DNA of 6,945 nt, from assembly GCF_006345805.1 (NCBI RefSeq), contig NW_021828945.1, forward strand, positions 1 through 6,945. The letters are read 5' to 3'. The notes below the pieces were generated by a model. That model was not told the DNA's origin, searched no databases, and saw nothing but the letters and a program-made list of their open reading frames with translations. This document shows, piece by piece, positions 1 to 6,945 of the stretch (the first letter of the stretch is position 1; each line of letters begins with the position of its first letter). The DNA comes from Octopus sinensis (taxonomy: Eukaryota). The position numbers and the translations under genes were made by a program.

Positions 1-138
1 GGCAAAAGAGACCGTTAATAAATACTGGGCTTACAAAGAATAAGTCCCGGAGTCGATTTGCTCGACTAAAGGCGGTGCTCCAGCATGGCCGCAGTCAAAT
101 GACTGAAACAAGTGAAAGAGTAAAAGAGTAAAAGAGTA
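1..138 (+). mobile_element. 3' part of a SINE (octopus-type), cut by the window edge, ending in a (TAAAAGAG)n tail
   Basis: Seen: hairpin AGTCGA-tttgc-TCGACT (51-67), the GC-rich stem-loop GGCGGTGCTCCAGCATGGCCGC (71-92), then a tandem tail gtgaaagag-taaaagag-taaaagag-ta (112-138). The GTCGA-N5-TCGAC motif is shared with the SINEs at 1368-2053. The family assignment is from recall of octopus SINE 3' ends, not a search. Confidence 0.8.
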
Positions 139-389
139 TATATAATTAAAATTGAGGGATAATAAATATTTTGAACCCCACTGTATTGTGTACATCATTC
201 AAGCGTTAATTCATCTACTTAATCTTTTAAAGTGTGAATGTAATACTCCACAAATTCCCCCGTCACCATTCAGCTAAAATTTATAATTCTTAATGAATAT
301 ATATTTCGCTCTCGGCTAAATTTACAGGAAACTGTTTAGTAGAAAAATATTTCAAATTACGAAATAATTGTAGTAACAAACTTTTGAAG

Positions 390-456
390 TATATATAAAT
401 ATGTGTACGTACATACATACATATATACTACATCATACATACATACGCAATATATA

Positions 457-498
<42 letters not shown>

Positions 499-541
499 TA
501 TATAGCATAATATATATATACATATATATAGATATGCACAT

Positions 542-577
<36 letters not shown>

Positions 578-809
578 TGTATATTTATATATATATATGT
601 AGTATATATGATATGTATGCATATATATATATGTATGTATGTTTGTATGTATGTATGTATGTATGATATGTATGTATGCACGCATGTATCTGTGAAGGTA
701 TATATTGCTTTATGTGTGCGTGTTCGTGTGTGTTTGTGCGTTTGCATGTGCGAGTGCCTGTGTGTGTGTGTATGTTTGCGTGCGTTTGTGCGTCCGTGTG
801 TGTGTGTGT
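390..809. repeat. Compound microsatellite (TA)n / (TACA)n / (TATG)n / (TG)n
   Basis: Directly visible low-complexity dinucleotide and tetranucleotide runs. They account for ORFs 433-870, 491-685 and 542-895. Confidence 0.97.
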
Positions 810-1367
810 GGTCTTTGTTAATTGATTTCATTAACAGTGATGACAGAAGTTCGTCGAAGTTTCTTTTCATCTGCTCTTCTTTCCATCTTTACTAATGAAA
901 CCAGACCCGACACCAAACTTCATCCATATTATTAATAAAGCGGCGATATCCTAAATTCCTTTGATGTTCTCACCTCACTAATTAGCAATTTTAAACACTG
1001 TGACGTCATATCACATACATTATATATCTTCTGTCTCATGTGGTTTATCTCTGTGCTTCGTTGTGCGCGTGCGTGTTTGCTTAATTGTATTAATATACAC
1101 CGTATTGTTCCTCATTACTAGAAAATATGTTTTTATAATTGTGGTTTTCATTATCGTCTTTTAACCATTAGTCGACCCTAATAAATCCTTCCTTTCCTCA
1201 ATGACATCGAAGTCGTATGAATGAGCCCTGATCTTCACGCTGACCCCGATCATTCTATTGAAAGTACGGGGACCCTGTAAAATGATCAGAATATTGCGAA
1301 AGGATACGAATATAAAGAATGTTGCTTAGGACATGCACACAGTGTCCCTATGTGACAAGTGAAAATA

Positions 1368-1601
1368 TATTTCTTTACTGTCCACAAGGTCCTAAACATC
1401 GAGAGGACAAACAAGGACAGACAAACGGATTAAGTCGATTGCATCGACCCCAGTGCGAAACTGGTGCTTTATTTATCAACCCCGAAAGGATGAAAGGCAA
1501 AGTCGACCTCGGCGGAATTTGAACTCAGAACGTAGCGGCAGACGAAATACCGCTAAGCATTTCGCCCGGTGCGCTAACGTGTCTGCCAGCTCGCCGCCTT
1601 A
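1368..1601 (-). mobile_element. Full-length tRNA-derived SINE, copy A (~234 bp) with a 15-bp TSD
   Basis: The reverse complement begins AGGCGGCGAGCTGGCAGACACGTTAGC (A-box-like), has the B-box AGTTCAAATTCC (1525-1514) and ends CCTTGTGGACAGTAAAGAAATA. It is flanked by the perfect direct repeat TGACAAGTGAAAATA at 1353-1367 and 1602-1616. About 88% identical to copy B by manual alignment. Confidence 0.93.
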
Positions 1602-1820
1602 TGACAAGTGAAAATAAACTTACTACAAACCTTAGTATCCTTCCTGCTTCAGAGGTCCTGTCCAGTGCATGGCATAAGCATTCATGTCCGGCCTCGACTC
1701 CCTTTTTTGCTTTCTGTAGCAGTTCAACTTCCTGATGTTTAACTGTTTCAGCTCTGACCTCCTGAAACTTATTTTACCATATACTTGGCACTCCACCAGT
1801 GCTACGGTATAGAGCGTTTC

Positions 1821-2053
1821 AGTCGGCGAGCTGGCAGGAACGTTAGCACGCCGGGCGAAGTGCTTTGCCGTATTTCGTCCGCCGCTGCGTTCTGATTTCA
1901 AATTCCGCCGAGGTCGACTTTGCCTTTCATCCTTTCGAGGTCGATAAATTAAGTACCAGTTACGCGGTGGGGTCGATGTAATCGACTTAATCCGTTTGTC
2001 TGTCCTTTTTTGTCCCCTCTGTGTTTAGCCCTTGTGGGTAGTAAAGAAATAGC
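1821..2053 (+). mobile_element. Full-length tRNA-derived SINE, copy B (~233 bp) with a 13-bp TSD
   Basis: Begins AGTCGGCGAGCTGGCAGGAACGTTAGC, has a mutated B-box (ATTTCAAATTCC, 1895-1906) and ends CTTGTGGGTAGTAAAGAAATAG. It is flanked by the perfect direct repeat TATAGAGCGTTTC at 1808-1820 and 2054-2066. Confidence 0.93.
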
Positions 2054-2139
2054 TATAGAGCGTTTCTACGATATAAAGTTGAGAAAAACAAACCATCCAC
2101 CGGTAAACCGGTGATAAGGGCTCAAAGAGTTAATGCTTT

Positions 2140-2520
2140 TCTCTTCCATCCGTTTCATCAAACTCGACATCCGTATCTTCTTTCTCCTTACTCTCCTTCT
2201 ATTCTCTCCAGTATCCTATGTCGCCACTAAATTTTCCAGACCCTCTTACCTCATCACATGATCGACTCGAAGCAGTTTCCTACTTACTGCAACCCGGGAC
2301 ATCACTTCACTATTAGACACTTTGTTCATGCTTTCTTCAATATTCTCTTTACGAATCACATTTCACAGCTTTTCAAGCACTTTCTCCTTGATGTTATAGA
2401 CAATCCTTCACATTAGACAGAACGTAGACACAGTAGATCAACATACGGATCTTATTCTTGGTGTTCAGAGCATGGTTTCTATACTGTAGTACAGAAGAAG
2501 CCATCATATTATAGAACACT
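2140..2520 (-). mobile_element. Decayed RTE-clade LINE fragment (post-RT C-terminal region), with multiple stops and frameshifts
   Basis: Manual minus-strand translation across frameshifts gives VFYNMMASSVLQYRNHALNTKNKIRMLIYCVYVLS / CEGLSITSRRKCLKSCEM*FVKRILKKA* / NKVSNSEVMSRVAVSRKLLRVDHVMR*EGLENLVAT*DTGENRRRVRRKK. This follows the motif order of RTE/BovB-like ORF ends (TKIR..CV..CE.W..EMW..RR.LKI.W..KV.N.EVL..GHVMR..GLE..G...G.R.RGR). Boundaries are approximate. Confidence 0.78.
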
Positions 2521-3107
2521 TTTTAAATTATCTAAAATGATCGAATATTACTTTTATGGATTTTACGGTTTTATCCTTGCTCACGACACTATTATAAATA
2601 AATTTATTTGCTAATATCAAACTTCGCATTTCTATCGAAAGTCATTTTAAGAATATTTGAACACTGTAACCTCAATTCGGCCAACCTTAGTATTAGAAGC
2701 GATTTATCAGTATTAGTTACAAATCAATAATTATGTTATATCAATTTAGATTTCGGTCCACGCCCGTAAGGAAGAAATTCTGCATACTAACACCAATGCA
2801 CTCGACATCCGGTGGAACGGTTGCAAATATATAAATTGAACGCCAGATCGACATTAAGATGTCCACTAGGCTAATAATTCACTGCAATTATTTTATAATT
2901 CTAGGATTGTGCAAATACCTGAGGTATCCATTTACAACTAATAAAAACAAATTCAATATAACTATAATGTTTAATTCCATTGGAAATAGCAAAAACAGCC
3001 TCTAGTATCACACGGATCTTCAGGCTTTTTAAGCAGTAACAGTTTATTAAATTTTAGCAAATCACAATGGTATGCTACCGCTTCAGTTTAAAAAATTCTC
3101 GCCACAC

Positions 3108-3111
3108 TATA

Positions 3112-3187
<76 letters not shown>

Positions 3188-3289
3188 TTGTTATTACTAT
3201 TGTTATTATTATTATTATTATCGTCATCATCATTATTATTATTTCCATTATTATTATTATTATTATTATAATTATTATTATTATTATTA

Positions 3290-3332
<43 letters not shown>

Positions 3333-3345
3333 GTTCATCACCATT

Positions 3346-3379
<34 letters not shown>
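3108..3379. repeat. Long trinucleotide microsatellite, (ATT)n grading into (ATC)n
   Basis: About 270 bp of visible ATT repeats with in-phase variants, switching to ATC near 3345. It accounts for the four poly-I/Y/N/D ORFs at 3067-3459. Confidence 0.98.
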
Positions 3380-3489
3380 ACATGATTATTCAACTGGCAG
3401 CGGATATGCGTAACCAAGTAAACGGATTGGAGCTTAGAAGTAGGAATATATGAGTTCAATGTTGCTTTTCAGGTTATCAACTGAATCAT

Positions 3490-3665
3490 AGGCGTAGTAA
3501 TTTGCGGTCTTTTTGGTTAGAATGATCATCTCACAGATATGGCGTCGTGGGTTCAATTCCTAAGCCGGACAAAGCACCGTGATCTTTAGCAAAACACTTT
3601 GTTTCACGCTACCGCCATTTAATCTGAAGTAACCCGTACCAGTTAGTCTGCAGCTGGAGGTCGAT
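3490..3665 (+). mobile_element. Old, diverged tRNA-derived SINE with a CORE-like segment
   Basis: TGGTTAGA A-box-like stretch (~3514-3521) and B-box GGTTCAATTCC (3550-3560), followed by GTGATCTTTAGCAAAACACTTT (3579-3600), which resembles the start of the CORE domain (GTGACCTTGGGCAAGTCACTT). No TSD is visible and the ends are uncertain. Confidence 0.6.
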
Positions 3666-3677
3666 TTCTCATCTCTA

Positions 3678-3753
3678 GTTCTTCCTTCTCTCTCTCCCTC
3701 ATCCCTTTCTGTCTCTCACTCTTTCTCTCCCTCACTCTTTCTCTGTCTTTCTG
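3678..3753. repeat. Degenerate (CT)n polypyrimidine tract
   Basis: Visible CT-rich run containing the repeated unit CTCACTCTTTCTCT. Confidence 0.85.
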
Positions 3754-4803
3754 CTTGGTGAATTGTGTGAGGGTTAAGAAAGTTTCGATGTTCGCTCGTG
3801 AATACCGAGGCACCTAAAGCAATTAGCAAAAGGATGGTACATAGGACCAAGTCAAACACGCTTGCTAACCACAGTTGGCTGAAGAATTAACGAAGTATGC
3901 AATACAAATTCAAGGCGACAATTGAAGTAAGAAGCAATTCATGTCAGAAGTCGATGCCAAACTAAATTCGTTTAAATTAATGGGATCACGGGCAAAACGA
4001 AAGAGGTGAGTTGTTGTGGCTGTGGTTGATATTTCATAACTGAAGGTAACCTCTGGTCGAAGAAAACTATGACCATTAGTTTACCTGTCGTAAAAAAATA
4101 TTATCCTGCTAATTGTTTAAAGAAGATAACTCTAAGAAGAGAACAAAGTGTGATCTTGTATTCTGTCAAATGAATCATTATAACAGATTCCATTCATCTC
4201 AAAATATTTTACCATTATATATCATTTGTGTAATTTAAAATTTCATTTGCACTTAAAAATTTCTTAAAATTCAACTAAATTTAATAAATGAAAAGTGTTG
4301 TCAAAATTAATCGGAACACAGAGACTACTAACATAATCTTATCAGCGAAAAATATAATTAATATTTCTTCGAAATACAATATAGATAGCTTGACACTATC
4401 GATCGCTGTTCATTAAGCGTAATTGAGTAATCTTCCACACAAAAGACTTCCATTCAACAGATTTAAAAGCCTCTTACAAATACCCGAGTGCGGATTTTCA
4501 CAAATCACATGAGATGAAAGCGCTTCTCCGGTTTCTTAGAGAAAGAATAATACAATTATTATTCTTATAAATAATAATGCCATTTTCATAATCATTATTA
4601 AGCAAGCGATTATAACTACAATTAATAAAAATAATGGAAATAATAGTCCGACAAAATGAGGGGTTTCTGAGAATGAGGAGATGAAATAGCCAAGAGTGTG
4701 CTTTCATGGTTTCTGTAGCCGTCGCAATGATTGTGTATTTTCTTTTGTTTTGTTGTTCTTGTGGCTGCTATTGTTTATGTTGCGCACACAGACGTAGACT
4801 TTA

Positions 4804-4886
4804 ATATACATGAATATATATATATATATATATATACATACAAACAAACGAATACGTACGTATGTAGATGCATACGTACATACGTA
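4804..4886. repeat. (TA)n and TACG/TACA simple repeats directly abutting the transposon end
   Basis: Visible. The run ends in the TA (4885-4886) preceding the putative terminal inverted repeat. Confidence 0.85.
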
Positions 4887-5841
4887 CAGAGGTGCGGTGA
4901 ATAAATTGTCGTCTAAATTACGCAAAAATGAAAATAACACTGACATCTCATTTTAACAGACATATTTATCTAAATTGCATAAAAGTGTCTTGGAATACTA
5001 ATGAGTAAAATTATTCAATAAAACCGCAATTGACTTCAATCATGGTCTCTGGACGACTTCGGAATCTCCTGCAAATCTTCTGGACGGTCTCCTTGTTTAA
5101 GTTGGTGAATGCTGCCATATTCCTTGCCTTCAAATCATCTTTGGTGTCACAAGGAATGTTCTTTGATGTTACATGGAATGTACCCCACACATAATAATCA
5201 AAGGTATTGCAATCTGGGGGAGTTAGGTGGCCAGATGTTAGGGGTGATGTAGTCGCAGAAATTGTCTGACAACCATGAGTGGGTTCTGCTGCTTGTGTGG
5301 AATGGAGCAGAGTCCTGTTGCCAGACATAGGGTCTTCCAGCAGCCAGCCTCTTGACTCAGCGCAGTCCTACCCTCTCCAGGCACTTGATGTAGGCCACTG
5401 TGTTGAGTTTGAGGCCGTGTGGGAAGATGAATGGAAGCATAACGTCGCCATCATTAGTGGTCACTTCAAGCAACATGATGGTGAATGAATGTTTGATTTT
5501 TATCACTCTTGGTACGTATTTTGGGCAAACAGCAAGTGAACGGTTCTTCTAGGTGTTCACCATCTGATCTTGACATTAAAATGTTCTTGTTTGAGCATCT
5601 TCATTGCAGTGGATGCTTGAGTTTGTTCAAAAGCTTCCTAATGCGGTCTTTCCTCTTGCCCTTGATGGCTTGGGATAAAAATTGGCCCTTTCTCATTCAG
5701 TATGGGGAATACCAAATGTCATTTTGCACTACCTGCGTAATAAGAAACTCGGACACTAGCATATCCCTGGCGATCGACCTGATTGACTTGCAGGGCTCGT
5801 TCTCAATCATGGCCCTGATGCCTGGATCTCACCTACAAACA

Positions 5842-5842
<1 letters not shown>
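4887..5842 (-). mobile_element. 5'-truncated Tc1/mariner DNA transposon, DD37D (maT/Bmmar1-like) family
   Basis: The left end reads TA|CAGAGGTGCGGTGAATAAATTG, a TA target followed by a CAG-starting terminus typical of Tc1/mariner. Transposase remnants follow on the minus strand. The partner TIR is absent, and similarity stops at the (CA)n run at ~5842. Confidence 0.88.
5011..5842 (-). pseudogene. DD37D transposase pseudogene (HTH plus catalytic domain)
   Basis: Manual translation gives HTH-like SIRSIARDMLVSEFLITQVV, then KLLNKLKHPLQ*, then GDVMLPFIFPHGLKLNTVAYIKCLE..R*VKRLAAGRPYVWQQDSAPFHTSSRTHSWLSDNFCDYITPNIWPPNS, a +1 frameshift in the G-run at 5216-5220, and PDCNTFDYYVWG...KICRRFRSRPETMIEVNCGFIE*. 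D2 (5312-5314) and D3 (5197-5199) are separated by 112 nt, i.e. 37 codons plus 1. There are several in-frame stops (e.g. 5357-5359), and the first catalytic D region is degenerate. Confidence 0.92.
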
Positions 5843-5876
<34 letters not shown>

Positions 5877-5892
5877 TATATATATACATATA
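5842..5892. repeat. (CA)n then (TA)n microsatellite
   Basis: Directly visible. Confidence 0.95.
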
Positions 5893-5993
5893 ATAGCAAA
5901 GGGTAAAATTAATTAATTAAGAAGTAATCAATAATTTCACCAAGTAGAATTCGGCATGAAAAAGACCAATTCATGGTAAGCTTAAGTAATTCT

Positions 5994-6228
5994 TTATAAT
6001 TAGGGTCCAGCAAAGATTTGCTTCACCACATACCGAAGTTTAGAACTAATAACCTAATACCGATTGATTTTCGTTATGTTTCCCTTTTGCCTGCGTGGAT
6101 TGTTTTCAAGTACTTTGGATTTTCTGGGAGCCCCTTTTAAAGTAGAAGGAATACTCTAAGATTTTTTGACTGCTCTTTCTAAACTTCGGTATGTGGTGAA
6201 GCAAATCGCTGCTGAACCCTAATTATAA
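5994..6228. repeat. 52-bp inverted repeat (49/52 match) with a 131-bp spacer; unclassified mobile element (MITE-like or Penelope-like inverted structure)
   Basis: Left arm 5994-6045 is TTATAATTAGGGTCCAGCAAAGATTTGCTTCACCACATACCGAAGTTTAGAA. The reverse complement of the right arm 6177-6228 is TTATAATTAGGGTTCAGCAGCGATTTGCTTCACCACATACCGAAGTTTAGAA. The repeat is certain; the element class is inference. Confidence 0.9.
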
Positions 6229-6229
6229 G

Positions 6230-6372
6230 TATATATACATATAGATATATATGTACATCAATCATACATATATATATATATAATAGATAAATATAAATAT
6301 AATATATATATATAATATATATATATAATATATATATATATATTATATATATATATACCATATACATTATAA
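6230..6372. repeat. (TA)n-rich microsatellite
   Basis: Directly visible. It accounts for ORF 6179-6418. Confidence 0.95.
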
Positions 6373-6384
6373 TTAGAAGCGCGT

Positions 6385-6457
6385 GTGATGGTGTTTTATC
6401 GTGGTTCAATTCCTCCACAGAGAGGCACGGGTTGTGTTATTTTGAGCAAAACATCTC
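6385..6457 (+). mobile_element. Short relic of a tRNA/CORE-like SINE, similar to 3490-3665
   Basis: B-box GGTTCAATTCC (6403-6413) followed about 20 bp later by GTGTTATTTTGAGCAAAACA (6434-6453), the same order and similar spacing as at 3550-3600. Confidence 0.5.
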
Positions 6458-6458
6458 G

Positions 6459-6760
6459 TATATATATATATAATTCTATATAGACATATACATACCAATA
6501 TATATGACTACATATATGTATATACACTTATACATTTATACACACTTACACCCATACGCACACACACATATATGTACGAGTATATATACGAATGCTACAT
6601 ATGTGAAGATCAAATTTTAACTGATAACTCCTAAGAAACCAACTATAAAGAAATTCTATCAACAGACGAAGGTTAAAAGTACAAAACCAATGTATATGTA
6701 TACGCACGTGTGTAATTGTGTGTGTATATGTGTCTGTGTGTATTATTCTCATATATGTAT
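6459..6760. repeat. Degenerate (TA)n/(CA)n/(TG)n microsatellite patches (6459-6602 and 6690-6760)
   Basis: Directly visible low-complexity sequence with a short non-repetitive interruption. Confidence 0.85.
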
Positions 6761-6945
6761 AATTGTATGAGGCATAAATGCTCCTTGTTAATGTCATGCT
6801 GACATCTAATATTTAATTTTCAAATATTTTATTCTTTAAAAAAAAAAATGATTGTTTTATTTATTATCTCAAATTTTTAGGTTGTTTTGTATCTTTTCTT
6901 ATCTGTCATCAATCCGTTAATTATTTATATTGACCACTTTTCACT

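Noticed and set aside
433-895. ORFs of 145, 64 and 117 aa rich in YI/HT/CV
   Set aside because: They are translations of dinucleotide microsatellites, which lack stop codons by construction.
1319-1901. ORFs 1319-1522 (+) and 1632-1901 (-)
   Set aside because: They run antisense through SINE copies and cross TSD boundaries, and no coherent protein is recognisable. Only the tail of the second may be LINE-derived.
1821-1910. Functional tRNA gene
   Set aside because: It has A/B-box similarity only. I could not build a convincing cloverleaf, and the sequence continues into a SINE body bounded by TSDs.
1368-2053. A single foldback/DNA transposon with 230-bp TIRs
   Set aside because: Each arm has its own distinct TSD and Pol III boxes, so these are two separate SINE insertions.
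2162-2811. 12-bp direct repeat ACTCGACATCCG at 2162-2173 and 2800-2811
   Set aside because: A single 12-mer match is plausible by chance in 7 kb, and it does not bound a recognisable element (the first copy lies within the LINE relic).
3067-3459. Poly-Ile/Tyr/His/Asn/Asp ORFs on both strands
   Set aside because: They are an artefact of the (ATT)n/(ATC)n array.
3875-4005. Possible 131-bp exon (CTAACCACAG acceptor, AG|GTGAGT donor) whose frame has a single TGA at 3923-3925, raising a selenocysteine idea
   Set aside because: There is no polypyrimidine tract, no recognisable protein similarity and no SECIS evidence. One stop in 43 codons is unremarkable. Spliced RNA-seq reads would be needed to revive it.
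4498-4946. Short minus-strand ORFs of 69 and 80 aa
   Set aside because: They are AT-rich, low-complexity sequence with no motifs, and the second spans a microsatellite and the transposon end.
5279-5916. Plus-strand ORFs of 69 and 135 aa
   Set aside because: They are antisense shadows of the minus-strand transposase pseudogene, and the longer one ends in (CA)n.
1-6945. CRISPR array, operon or prokaryotic defence system
   Set aside because: There are no regularly spaced repeat-spacer units and no gene-dense structure. The sequence is eukaryotic repeat-rich DNA.

Overview
AT-rich, repeat-dense eukaryotic non-coding DNA (intronic or intergenic). The SINE families and the abundant (TA)n/(CA)n/(ATT)n microsatellites resemble an octopus (coleoid cephalopod) genome; this is pattern recognition, not a search result. 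I cannot support any intact protein-coding gene, and most ORFs in the track are translations of microsatellites. Contents from left to right: the 3' end of a SINE (1-138); two full-length copies of one tRNA-derived SINE in inverted head-to-head orientation, each with its own TSD (1368-1601 minus, 1821-2053 plus); a decayed RTE-clade LINE reverse-transcriptase C-terminus missed by the ORF track (~2140-2520 minus); two old tRNA/CORE-like SINE relics; a 5'-truncated Tc1/mariner transposase pseudogene with DD37D (maT) spacing (4887-~5842 minus); and an unclassified element with a 52-bp inverted repeat (5994-6228). I see no firm evidence of a new biological system. The best leads are the inverted SINE pair, as a possible long dsRNA/A-to-I editing substrate, and the unclassified inverted-repeat element.
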